A DNA stretch of 64,000 nt, taken from contig NC_092398.1 of the NCBI RefSeq assembly GCF_030028105.1, forward strand, positions 24,815,649 through 24,879,648, given 5' to 3'. This document shows positions 1-12,295 of the stretch, in pieces (the stretch's first letter is position 1; every line of letters begins with the position of its first letter). The DNA is from Mobula birostris. Lineage: Eukaryota. The notes below the pieces were generated by a model. The model searched no databases. It was not told the origin of the DNA and worked only from the letters and a program-made list of their open reading frames with translations. The position numbers and the translations under genes are program-made.

Positions 1-519
1 TTAACTGGCACTTTCTAGTCTGTACACATTCCCCTCTGTCCACCTTATTATTCTGATTTCTTTCCTCTTCCTTTCCAGTTTCGATGAAGGGTTCCGGAAA
101 ACTCGACTGTTTATTCATTTATATAGATTCTGCCTGAGCTAATGACCCCCCACGATTTTGTATGCGCTGCTGAGGATGCTTAGCATCTGCAAAATCTCTT
201 CGCTGCAGAAATACACACATTTGGACCGTCGTTCATTTGGTCTTCTAAGCATCACTTAGACAGAGTATTGATTAAGCAGAGATTGACCAAGGAGACGCAC
301 ATGAGGAGTTTAAATTAGCGTTATTGTTGGCACCCCAATCATGTGCCGAACGGTCTATTCCTGTGCTGGACTCATCTGTATTCGTCATTTTCACCCACGT
401 ATTTATAAAACTGAGTTAAGTGCGAATTGTTTTATTCGATTACTGGGCCAGACAGCCCTGTTTCCCATACTTCTTGAGAGACAAACAGAATGATAGAATG
501 CGGCATACAACTGCTGATA

Positions 520-525
520 TTTATT
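520..525 (-). terminator. Candidate AATAAA polyadenylation signal of the GPCR
   Basis: About 310 nt past the stop codon and conserved in all three units. Other AATAAA hexamers lie further downstream. Confidence 0.3.
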
Positions 526-832
526 CCGCGACATAGAAGCTAGTCGTTTTTAAAGGAGCGGGAATTTGAGGCAGGAAGTTTCATTTTAAGACTATTATTA
601 TTTTTCTTATTTATCGATACATCAGGGTTGCAGGGGTTTCCACCAGAACCTTCAAGTCTTTGGAATGTGTATGCAACAGAGGCATCTGGAGTAAACTTCC
701 GCCGTCGCCGATAGATCGTACAAAATTCATAGAGACGGCTGTGGGGACTGAAACCGCGCCTCAGGCGCTGTGAAGCATTTTGCCAACCACTACGCTACGT
801 TTAATTGGTGTACTTAGTTTCCGATTAGCTTG

Positions 833-1731
833 TCACACCAGGCGAGAGAATGGAGATTTCAACACCTCCCGCATCTGCTCCCTGAACTTCTTCTGGGTCA
901 AGGCGTAAAGAGCCGTGTTTGTGCAGCAGCTCAGAAGCTGCAGCATGTAGCCCAGCTCCCTCATGGTCGAAGGTGGTAACGAGGCATACATCAGATATGA
1001 TAAACGAAAAAAATATGATCGAATCCACACAGTGTGCACAACGAAAACCACCCACAACACGATGAAATTCGCCGACACGACCAACAGTAAAATGAGCGAC
1101 TTCCTCCGGCTTTGCATCTCGGGGTCTTTGGAGCTATCCCCATTGCTGTGATTCCGGAGTCTCCTCCGAGATCTGCTCACCACTACCACGTGTCTGATGG
1201 TCAAAGCATTGAGCAGCAGAATGACCACAAACGGGATCACAGGCGTCAGAAAGAAGCTGCAAGACTCGACTACTGTCCAGGCAACTGAGAACAGAACACC
1301 GTCTCTTCCGTGGCAAAACCAAGGGACGTTATTAAACTGGTAGCGTCCTGAGAGCAAAAAATACCAGAAAATGTTCTTTAAACAGCTCAGGGCGGCCACA
1401 GTCCACAGAACAACAGCGGCAGTTCTCTCGGTGCAGTATTTAGCTTTCAGATTCTGGTAGCGAATAGCCACGAATCGGTCGAAGGTGAACATGACGGTGA
1501 ACCAGACGGAGCAGTCGTTGGCTGTGTAACGTAGGACGGCGTGGATATTACACACGGGGATGTTCATCAGGAATATAAACGCTCCCCAAAAAACAATAGG
1601 AATCTGCCTCAATACCAGGTCAAAGACAACAACGACAAGATCCGCCATTGCCATGGCCATCAAATAACGAGCGACGCCTTTCGAAAGACCGCACTTTCCC
1701 TGGGACAGGACCACAATCGTCAGCACGTTCA
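833..1731 (-). CDS. GPR139/GPR142-like class A orphan GPCR, copy 1, exon 2 (mid-TM1 to stop)
   Basis: Seven-TM pattern with N1.50 (PVN), MAMAD, C3.25, DRF, P5.50 and the NTALY variant of NPxxY. Acceptor tttctttcaatcccaatag|TGAAC (AG at 1733-1732), phase 1. Confidence 0.93.
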
Positions 1732-2640
1732 CTATTGGGATTGAAAGAAACACAAGCATGTTTGTGGGCAAGGAATACTGTCAGCACAGTCACAGACAGG
1801 AAATATGGAAACATGTTTTTGAACCCAAAATGGAAGACTGCAGTTTTCCAGCATCAGTGATGTCTGCAGGTGCGGAGGATTATAACTCAGTGAAGTCCAC
1901 AAAGAACTGGAAAATTACGTCACAACGCCAAACAACGAACAGCTGAGAAAATGTGCTCTCGGATTTCGGTGAAGATGGATTCGAAATAGGGCTCGAAATT
2001 GGTCATTGAATTGGAATTGCTTTACTATTACGGAAGTGGTATCACAAGGGTACAGGGAAACACGCGTCTCCACAATGTGCATACAGATCAATTCTTTACT
2101 CAGTGCTTTGAGGCGTGACGTAATATCAGCTCAGGCTCTCCACTTCTTCTGCCGGTCTTTTAAATTTATACAATATTTCGGAAGCCATCCATTTTATACT
2201 GCAGTCCAAATTGGGAGTTCGGTATCTAAAGCTGCAAGGGAGGCTTACTCAGTTGAAAATTTTAAACGCCAGCTCAGAAGATCTTTATTTAATCTTGATT
2301 TTAACTGGAATTATTTTGTCTGCTCTTTTCATGTTATGTCTGTTTGTATTATAAAAGCACATTAAAACTTCCTCTATTTGGAAAGTGCTCTAATTATTGT
2401 TATTATTATTTTTATTGTTGCTGTTTTTGTTGTTGTGATTGTTGTTGGTTAAAGAATAAAAAACGGGGAGATAAATGTTATTGACCGAAACTGTCAATGT
2501 ATTACAGGTTCATAATCAAAAGTTCAGTTAGTGAGGACGATGGACTGCGTTAACCGGAAAATGTCATTAAATTCCTACCTATCAACTCTCTTTACAGGAA
2601 CCCGCGATCACTGCTTCTCCTTCTCTGGTCAGCAACTTAC

Positions 2641-2821
2641 CGGGAAATGCAACCAAGGCGAGAACGGGATAGTAGATGGGCTGAATTGTCCGGAGTAAAT
2701 ACCAGATCCGTATGTCTGCTTGGATCCAAGGGTCATTCGAAAAAATATAGGGAGCCAGGCTGAAGACACCCTTCCCTGTCCCTGGAACATTCCATGGTCC
2801 TATTTCTCGTTCCTGAACCAT
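2641..2821 (-). CDS. GPCR copy 1, exon 1 (60-aa N-terminus plus first half of TM1)
   Basis: ATG in gcaATGG context; encodes ...IQPIYYPVLALVAFP. Donor CCCG|GTAAGT is phase 1 and joins exon 2 in frame (P-V-N), giving 1080 nt, 359 aa. Intron is 909 bp. Confidence 0.9.
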
Positions 2822-3013
2822 TGCACGTCACTGTTCCCAGATTCCAGTCGGTGACCGGCGATTCGCACGCTGCACATGTGACCGTTCACGTAAAATTCCA
2901 CTTTGATGTTCGCAGTTCCCCAATTATTGGCTTCCGCTGTCGAGCCACTGCGGTCCGTGTGTGACGGAGGTGTTGCTCTCGCTAATACTATGAATCTTAA
3001 TCGAAAGGAGCAA

Positions 3014-3022
3014 TTTTAAATA
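3014..3022 (-). promoter_or_regulatory. Candidate TATA-like box (TATTTAAAA) with adjacent E-box CAGCTG, about 195 bp upstream of the GPCR ATG
   Basis: Motif identical in all three copies (also 30219-30227 and 56959-56967). Positional inference only. Confidence 0.35.
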
Positions 3023-4234
3023 CAGCTGCTAATCCCCCAGTGACACAACAGGCTCCATACGGGCTGACATTAATTAACATACTTCTACGGTAAACCCCTT
3101 TGAATCCGCATCGCGGGTGCAAAAGTTAAAATGAATTATTAAACAGGGTGGAGATGTCCAGGATATATGTGCACCGATCTCGGACATTGGTTCTGCATTA
3201 TCTTGCAGGAGACAGAATAGCTTGCAAGCACGTACCATCAGGCTCAGTAACAGCTTCAATCACGACATTATTAAAATATTCAACCCTTCCCGCTGACGAT
3301 TAGATGGACTCTTGATATTGCAATCTGCCTCACTCTGACTTTGCAATTTGTTGTTCCCCTGCGCCGCACCTTCTCTGTAACTGCAGCACTTTATTCTGCA
3401 TTCTGTCATTGTATGACCCGGAAATCAATGCACTGAGGCAATCATTCTTTTTTTTTTTGAATGAGGAGTATGTAAAACAAGGTTGTTTTCTTTTCCCAGC
3501 ATCGACAAATACAATGAAGTCCCGTGTACCATCAGTGTCCCATCCGGCAGGATGCTGCGCAGCGTCCTCACCAGGACCAGCAGTATCTAAAACAGTTACT
3601 TTCTCCAGGCAGTAAGGCTAATCGACACTTATACCTACCAACACATTCCACCATCTCCCCCTCCCACCCAACACCACTACTTTATTATTTCCTATCAGTA
3701 AACATGTGAACAGCCCTTAGAGTCACTTTGTAGACTATCAATCTCTGAATATAAACTATTTATTTATTTATATTTATTGTCCTTTTTATTACTGTGCTCT
3801 TTGCCCTATTGTGCTTTTTGGCTCTGCAATGGATCCGGAGTAACAACTGTTTCGTTCTCCTTTGCACTTGTGTAATGGAAATAATACTGAATAATTTTGA
3901 ATCTTGAATAGTAGACCCATTTACTAATTGAACACTCTGAAGTGTGATGGACCAATCGGTTAGGGAGCGACCTGCAGGTCTGATGAAAGATTCAGAGGGG
4001 ATCCTTTCCTTCGAGGGGAGGAGGGTGATGGAAATCTTGCAACTTTGCTCCAACTAATCTGACGGCACTGCGTCGGCGATGAAGGAGTGGATCATGTTGT
4101 ATCGGATAAGTGACAATTCGGAAATTACGCGGTCGAAATTGCTTTAATTATGAAAGGGATTTGGACCAAATCTGTATTAAAGTTCAACATTCATTAAATC
4201 CCGTTTAAACCCCCATCCACTCGACTGAAACATT

Positions 4235-4615
4235 GACAACAAACACAGACTGTTGGAGGAGCTTGGCAGATCAGGCAGCCGATATGGAAGTGAATAAACA
4301 GTGGACGTTTCCAGTCGAGACCATTCATCAGGACCGAAGAGGAAGGAGGCATACGCCAGAGTGAAATGGTGAGGGAGGCGATAAGGAATACAGACCGCTA
4401 CCTGATACTTGTAGCCAAGTGAGCGGGTAAATACGTGGGTGGGGAAGAGGGATGAAGTAAAGACGTTGTAGTTGATAGTTGGAAAAAATAAGAGCTAGAC
4501 AAGAAGGAATCTGATAAGAGAGGGGAATAGACCATGGGGGAAATTGAAGGAGGTAGTCACAAGGGGGAGGTGATCTCCTTGTGAGAGAATGAAGGAAAAG
4601 TGGTGTCAGAATGGA
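4235..4615 (-). mobile_element. Penelope-like element terminal-repeat remnant with a degenerate hammerhead motif (also about 31440-31820 and 58180-58560; a related + strand copy lies at about 26995-27420)
   Basis: CCTGATGA..ggtctcga..GAAACGTCCAC followed by the gctgcctga..ctcctcca tail. Family assignment is from recall. Confidence 0.5.
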
Positions 4616-5290
4616 TAATTGAAGAAAAGGGGAGGGGAGCGGAGAAAATTATCGGAAAACATTAAAACATTGACATTTTTCTTTTTATGCACCTACCATA
4701 TCAAAGATACTTCCACGATTAAACCGGTTAGTACATCTGATGTGTTGCATTCGGATCACATCACAGGAAAATATGAGCCAGGCTACCAACATTTCGTCAT
4801 AACCTGCAAACCAACAGATTGCCCAGAGATTCTCCTCCGCACTGCTTTGCATCCTCCTGTACGATGGTGTCCAGAATTACCCAGAGTACTCTAAAAGCGG
4901 GCAACGTAATGTTATGTACATGAGAGTGGTGTTGATTAAAGGAACTGCTTTGACTGAATAGTGGAGAAGTCCTGTTGGGCAGAATAGTTTCATTATGATG
5001 CTATAATTTGTGGGTTCAATACCTCACCCATGGTCCCTTTCATTTTCCAGTGTTATCCTTTATACTCACTGGTACGCCCTGTCCTTCGGCTGTTGATCAC
5101 TCTGTTAACACTCTCTCACTGGCCGTCTCTTCTTTCCGTTCGACTGCTGCTACTTCTCGACGAAATATCTGGATATTATCCCTGCTCTAGTTTATGGCCA
5201 CAACACTGTGAACCTTCATCGCTATTCGCGCCTGTGTTTTCTTTTCTCACAACTCTCCACCCTCTCTATCCTGACCCTCTCTCCTTGTCC

Positions 5291-5294
<4 letters not shown>

Positions 5295-5329
<35 letters not shown>
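5295..5329. repeat. (CT)17 microsatellite, shorter and interrupted in units 2 and 3
   Basis: Seen directly. Confidence 0.95.
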
Positions 5330-5334
<5 letters not shown>

Positions 5335-5824
5335 GCTCCAGACCCCCTTGCTGTGTTGGCATCCATTGTGCGCACACCAGACAGCAGTACAAATGGGGTT
5401 CTATGTTGACAGATGGGTGCACACAGAACAAACTAGTGCACAGCGGCGGTGTGGAGAGGACTGTGTACACGCCGGACTCAAGTGCACTGGGGACAGTTTT
5501 CAGATGTGTCTGTACAGACCGGACCAGTTAACAATGAAATTTCTTTTGACACACCTGCCATTGGAAAACATACTTCCGTGATTAATCCGTTTGTACATTT
5601 CATCAACTGATGTATTCCCTTCGGGTCACCTTGCATGGAAATTACGATCAACCTGTTCAATAGAGAGAGTCGTGGAGTAATAGAAAAGTACAGCACAGAA
5701 AAAGACACTTCGGCCAATCTAGTCTGAGCTGAACCAATTAAACTTCTACTCCCCTCGACCTACACGCGTATCACAGCCCTCCCTAACCCAGGCATCCGTT
5801 TATCTGTCCAAGCGTCTCTCAGAC

Positions 5825-6999
5825 CAGAGGTCCCCAACCACCGGGCCGCAAAGCATGTGCTACCGGGCCGCGAGGAAACCTTTCCTCATTCCCTGTCACG
5901 TACTGTTGAGGCATTACGCATGCGAGGTCACTAAACTCGCTTCATCCATCTCAGCGCGGGAAGGAGATCAATTCCTCGTGCTTGCAAATGACGGCAGGCT
6001 GAAAAGTATGTTTGACATAACATCTCTGCCGGCATTCTGGATCAAACTCAAGGCCAAATAACCTGAGATAGCCACGAAAGCACTGAAAACGCTGCTTCCA
6101 TTTCCAAAATATCTCTGCGCAGCGGGCTTTTCTGCAATGAATACAACGAAAACTAAATTGCGGAATAGACTGGACATAAGCAACCCCCTTCGAGTACCGC
6201 TGTCTCCCATCACCCCTCGATAGGACAGTCTCCTTGCAGGGAAGCAAGCCCAGGACTCCCACTGATTCACCGATATTGGTGTGTTGCAATGATTCTATAT
6301 GTCCATACGGGGAAAATATGTGTTGTGTGTTTAATATCCAAACGTTACTTAAAATGTCATGATGCTATTGACTTATATAAGCATATAACAATTACAGCAC
6401 AGAAACAAACCACCTCTGCCCTTCTAGTCCGTGCCGAACGCTTACTCTCACCTCGTCCCAACGACCAGCACTCAGCCCACAACCCTCCATTCCTTTCCTG
6501 CCCATATATCTATCCATTTTTTCTTTAAATGATAATATCGAACCTGCCTATACCACTTCTACTGGAAGTTCATTCAAAACTTACTTCAAGCTCCCCGTCC
6601 TCCCCTGATAATTGATTTATCACTATATTCATGCGAGGAAAATATGCGCTGTGTGTTTAATATTAAATTCGCCAGATAAACCCTTTTAGAAAGGAAATTG
6701 AGTGTATTAGACACTTATTACCGATATTCCAGACGTGGTTCCCCCGCACCGCCGAACAGAATCGCCAAAAGCAATTTGTAGGGGAAATAAATCGTCACGT
6801 AAACGCATTCGCACTTGTGCCCGCGCAAGGCTTCATTGGCATTGAAGTCTTTTTCGGGTAAACACAACGTATTTGTCTGCTACTCTTGTCCGTTAGCAAT
6901 CCTACCCCCCACCACCACCCCCGCCCCCCGGTCGGCCGGTCCGCAAGAATATTGTCAATATTAAACCGGTCCGCAGTGCAAAAAGTTTGGGGACCCCTG
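5825..6999 (+). mobile_element. Non-autonomous hAT (Buster/Charlie type) carrying a transposase C-terminal remnant and a captured CR1 3' tail
   Basis: TIRs CAGAGGTCCCCAAC / TTTGGGGACCCCTG. Remnant LANDGRLKSMFDITSLPAFWIK...GFSAM...KLRNRLDIS...GKQAQ. No matching TSD. Confidence 0.85.
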
Positions 7000-7708
7000 T
7001 TCGTTCGTAGTGCTTTGCTGTTTGAAAGAAGATTCCAGGAAGTGAGTGCAAGCTCGAACGGCCTTAAAGTGAAACAGTTTAGAGGTGGTGCGCCAGCCAC
7101 TGATAGACTCCATTTCGCCGATTAAAGCATCGAGGAAGATTGAAATCAAGGCGAGTGCAGAAAGTGAGTGAGGGTTTAAAACTGACTGCTGTTTGATTGC
7201 AGGGACGGATCTCTCTGTTGTCAAATGAGTTGTGTAGTACCTTTCACTCACTGTTGCCGGAGGGTAGGCCTCTGTGTTTCAGTGGTCTCTCTATCTCTAT
7301 CTCTCGACGTTGGTCAGAGGATATTACCGGAGCTCTGCATTTATGGACTGGAGTATGGAGTTGTTCAATCTTATGATGTTTATATTCTGCGTTTTCGTCA
7401 GTTATTTCTCGTTATTGTGTGGCGTGTTTTGTTAGTTCTTTGTGTGATAGAAAGGAGTTTGGGGTTTGATGTTCTTGTTCTTGACGGCTTTTTTTGTGTG
7501 ATGTAGGTTTTGATGTTTATCTTTGAATTATTTCCATGCATTTCTTTGTACTGTGGCTATCTGGAGAAGACAAATCTCAGAGTCGCATACTGAGTACATA
7601 ATTTAATAATAAATGAACCTTTGAACGATTGTTGATGCCTGACGGGGCGATTTGGGTATCTCAGAGAATGTTGAACTCCTGGGATTATCAGGCACGAGTC
7701 TCTAGAGC

Positions 7709-9155
7709 AGGGGTCCCCAATCTCTTTTGCACTACGGACCGGTTTAATATTGACAATAATCTTGCGGACCGGCCGACTGTGGCGGGGGGCGGGTAGGGTT
7801 GCCAACAGACAAGAGTAGCAGTCAAATACGTTGTGTTCACTCCGAGAAAGATTTCAATGACCATGAAACCTTGTGCGGGCACCAGTGCGCATGCATTTAC
7901 GTGCAGATGTTTTTTTCCCTAAAAATTCTTTTTGGCAATTCTGATCGGGGGATTGGGGGTTTGTTAACCACGACCGGAATATCGGTAATAACTGCCTAGT
8001 ACACTCAACTTTCTTTCTAAAAGGGTTTACCTAGCGAACTTAATATTAAACACACTGCGCATATTTTCCTCTCATGAATATAGTGATAAGTCAATTATCA
8101 GGGGAGGACAGGGGAGCGTGAAGTTAGTGTTGAACGAACTCCAGTAGAAGTGGTAGAGGCAGGTTCGATATTATCATTTAAAGAAAAATTGGATGGGTGT
8201 ATGGGTAGGAAAGGAATTGCGGGTTGTGGGCTGAGTGCAGATCGGTGGGACTAGGTGAGAGTAGCGTTCAGAGCGGGCTAGAAGGGCAGAAATTGCCTGC
8301 TTCCGTGCAGTAATTGTTATATGGTATATAAGTCAATAGCATCATAACATTTTAAGTAACGTTTGGATATTAAACACACAGCACATATTTTCCTCGTATA
8401 AACATATAAAATCATTGCAACACACCAATATCGCTGAATCAGTAGGAGCCTTGGATTTGTTTCCCTGCAAGGAGACGGTCCTGTCGAGGGGTGATGGAGA
8501 CAGCGATACTCGAAGGGGGTTCCTTATGTCCAGTCTATTCCGCAATTTAGTTTTCGTTGCATTCATTGCAGAAAAGCCCGCTTCGCGGAGATATTTTGGA
8601 AATGGAAGCAGTGTTTTCAGTGCTTCGTGGCTATCTCAGGATATTTAGCCTTGGCGTTGATCCAGAATGCCGGCAGAGATGTTATGTCAAACATACTTTT
8701 CAGCCTGCCGTCATTTGCAAGCTCGGGGAGTTGATCTCCTTCCCGCGATGACATGGACGATGCACGGTTAATGACCTCGCATGCGTAATGGCTCAACAGT
8801 GCGTGACAGGGAATGAGGAAAGGTTTCCTCGCGGCCCGGTAGCACATGCATTGCGGCCAGGTATCGGTGCGCGGCCCGGTGGTTGGGGACCGCTGGCCAA
8901 AATAACATTCTAGTGAGCGGAGGCGAATCTGCACGTAAACGCATGTGCACTGGTGCACGCGCAAGGCTTCATGGACATTGAAGTCTTTCTCGGGGTAAGC
9001 ACAACGTATTTGATTGCTATTCTTGTCCGTTGGCAACCCTACTCCCCACAACCACCCGCGCCCCACTCACTCCGCCCCCCCCCAACCCCGCGGTCCGCAA
9101 AAATATTGTCAATATTAAACCGGTCCACGGTACAAAAAGAGTTTGGGGACCCCTG
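7709..9155 (-). mobile_element. Inverted copy of the same Buster-type element (7709-8895) followed by an extra right-end fragment (about 8930-9155)
   Basis: Reverse complement of 5825-6999. Left flank is CTCTAGAG, a canonical Charlie-type target site. Confidence 0.85.
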
Positions 9156-9159
9156 CATT

Positions 9160-9612
9160 CATCCCTACTCTTTTTTTCCTCTCTGCCTACCAATTTTCTA
9201 TCCCTGTCAGTACCCTACACTCAATAACATTTGCTCTAATTTTGCACACTAACCTCGAAGTGGCTTTCTTAAAGTCCAGGTACAGTACATCCACTGGCTT
9301 TCCCATGTCCATTTTTATAGTTACATTCTCAAAAAAAATCCAGAAGATTAGTCAAGCATCATTTCCCTTTCGTAAATCCATGTTGACTCGGGCCTATCCT
9401 GCCACTGCTATCCAAATATTCCGCTATTACATCTTTTATTATTAATTCCAGTATCTTCCCCACCACTGATGTCAGACTAACTGGTCTATAATTGCCTGCT
9501 TTCTCTCTCCCTCCTTTCTTAAAAAGTGGGATAACATTAGCTCCCCTCCAGCTCGTAGGAACTGATCCTGAATCTATAGAACATTGGAAAATAATTACCA
9601 ATGCGTCCAATG
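9160..9612 (-). mobile_element. CR1 RT fragment, head-to-head with the previous element
   Basis: DALVIIFQ...NYRPVSLTSVVGK...QHGFTKGK. Confidence 0.9.
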
Positions 9613-9639
9613 TAAAATTAAGTTACAATGTAAATTGAA

Positions 9640-12295
9640 AAGCGTGAGTACAGGACTGAAGGTGTCATATCTGAAAGCGTGCAGTACACTAGAATAAGGT
9701 CGATGAACTTGTAGCACAGTTAGAGATCGGCAGGTATGATGTTGTAAACATCACGGAATCATGGCTGAAAGAAGATCATACCTGGGAGATTAACGTCCAA
9801 CGGTACACATTGTATCGAAAGGACAGGCAGAAAGCCAGAGGCACCAGTATTCTTCTGTTGGTAAAAAAATGTAATTTAATCATTAGAAATGGTTGACATA
9901 GGGTCGGCAAGTGTTGAATCATTGTGGATAGAGCTTAGAAACTGCAAGGGGTATACAGAGCCTGATAGGAGTTATATACAGAAACCCCCAAAAGGATCAA
10001 ATGGGGTATAGAAAATGCATGCCAAAAGGGTAACCTTACAATAGTCATGGGGGATTTCAATATGTAGGTAGATTGGGTTGCTGAGGGATTACAAGGGGTA
10101 AATTCCAGAATGCCTATGGGATGGTTTTTCAGAGCTGCTCGTGGTTGAGCCCACTGGGGGATCAGCTATTCTGGATTGGGTGTTGTGCAATGAACTGGAA
10201 TTGATTAGAGAGCTTAAGGTAAAGGGACCTTGAGGGAAAGTGATCTTAATATGATCGACTTCACCCTGAAATCTGAGAGGGAGAAGCTAGAATGACATAA
10301 CCATGGCTAACAAGGGCAGCCAGAGCCAACATAAAAGCCAAAGAGAGGGCATATAATAGAGCAAAACGTAGAGGATTGGGAAGTTTTTTGAAACCAGCAG
10401 AAGGCAACTAAAATGTCATTGAGGTAAAGATAGAATACAACATTAAGCTGGCCAATAATATTAAAGACGATACCGAAAGTTTCTTCAGATACCTGGAGTG
10501 TAAAGCAGAGGCGAGTAGATATTGGACTGCTGGAAAACAATGCTGGAGAGGTAGTAATGGGGGACAAAGAAATGAAAGGCGAACTGAGTAGGTATATTGC
10601 CTCGGTCTTCACTGTGAAGACACTAGCAGAAAGGTGTAAGTTCCTGGTATCTGGGGTCATGAAGCAACGTGAAGTTACCATTACTAGAGAGAAGGTTCTT
10701 GGGAAAATGGAAGGTCTGAAGTTAGAGAAGTCACCTGGACCAGATGGTGTACACCCCAGGGTTCTGAAAGAGGTCGTTGAAGAGATCGTGGAGGCATGAG
10801 TAATGATCTTTCAAGAATCTCTGGATTCTAGAACGGTTCTGGAAGACTGGAAAATTGCAAATGTCTCTCCAGTCTTCAACAGGGGAGGGAGAAGAAGAAG
10901 GAAAATTATCGGACAGTATGCCTGTCCTCAATAGTTGGGAAGACATGGGAGTCGATTGTTAAGAATGTGGTTTCAGGGTACTAGGAGGCACATGATAAAA
11001 CAAGCCATAGTCATCATGGTTCCCTCTGAGGAAAATCTTGCCTGACAAATCTGTTAGAATTCTTTGAAGAAATAACAAGCAAAAGAGACAAAGGAGAATC
11101 TATTGATGTTGTGTACTTGGGTTTTCAGAAGGCCATTGACAAGGTGCCACACGTGAGGCTGCTTGGTAAGCTACGAGCTCATGGTATTACAGGAAAGAAT
11201 CCAGCATGGATAAAGCAGTGGCTGACTGGCAGGAGGCAAAGACTAGGAATAAAGGGGGCTTTTCTGGTGGCTGCCGGTGATTACTGGTGTTCCACGGGGT
11301 CTGTGTTAGGACCGATTCTTCTTACATTATATGTTAATGGTTTGGATGATGGATTTAATGGCTTTGTTGCAACATTGCAGACGATACGCAGATAGGTGGA
11401 GGGGCAGATAGTTTTGCAGAACTAGAGAGGCTACAGAAGTACTTAGACAGAATAGGAGAATGGACAAAGAAGTGTCAGGTGGAATACTGTGTCGGCAAGT
11501 ACTTGGTCATATACTTCGATAGAAGAAGTGAAAGAGTTGACCCTTTTCTAAGTGGAGAGAAAATACAAAATCTGAGGCACAGGGGGACTTGGGAGTCCTT
11601 GTGCTGGATTCTCTGAAGCTCAATTTGCAGGTTGAGTCTGTGGTGAGGAAGTCAAATGCAATATTAGAATTAATTTCAAGAGGACTAGTATATAAAAGCA
11701 GGGATGTAATATTGAGACTTTATAAGACACTGGTAAGGCTTCACTTTGAGTATTGCGAGCAGCTTGGTACCCGTTATCTTAGAAAGGATGTGCTGAAATT
11801 GGAGAAGGTTCAAAGGAGCTTCACGAAAATGATTCCAGAAATAAACATCTTATCATATGGAGAGTGTGTGATGGTATTAGGCTTGTATTCACTGAAATTC
11901 AGCATAATGAGGGGTGACATCATTGAAACCTATCAAATGGTTAAAGGCTTTGATAGAGTGCATGTGGAGAGAATGAGTCCTATGGTGGGAAAGTCTAAGA
12001 CAAGAGGGAATAGCCTCAGAATAGAGGGGCATCCTTTTAGGACATAGGTAAGGAGGAATTTCTTTAGCCAGTTTGCGGTGAATCGGTGGATTGCTTTGCC
12101 ATAGGCGGCTGCGGAGGCCAAATCTTTATACATATTAAAGGTAAAGGTTGAAAGTTTCTTGATTGGTCAGCGCATGAAGGGCTACGGGGAGAAGGCAGGA
12201 GACTGGGACTGAGAGGAAAAATACATCAGTCATGATAAAATGGCAGGGCAGACTCAACGGGTCAAATGGCCTAATTGTGCTCCTATATTTAGTGG
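9640..12295 (+). mobile_element. Old decayed CR1 ORF2 with 3'UTR
   Basis: KSPGPDGVHPRVLKEV and YLGFQKAIDKVPH fragments, many lesions. Confidence 0.9.

Noticed and set aside
1732-1771. N-terminal MPTNMLVFLSIPI of the 312-aa ORFs
   Set aside because: It starts at TTG and lies in the polypyrimidine tract/acceptor. A phase-matched exon 1 exists.
825-1946. Short overlapping or antisense ORFs repeated in all three units
   Set aside because: Their recurrence follows from the duplication and from shadowing of the GPCR frame.
5030-5581. 183-aa and 206-aa Leu/Ser-rich ORFs (also 32022 and 58763)
   Set aside because: They span a CT microsatellite, their boundaries differ between units, and they have no domain signal.
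5817-9163. A mobile composite transposon from 5825 to 9155
   Set aside because: The flanking 8-mers (TCTCAGAC versus CATTCATC) do not form a TSD.
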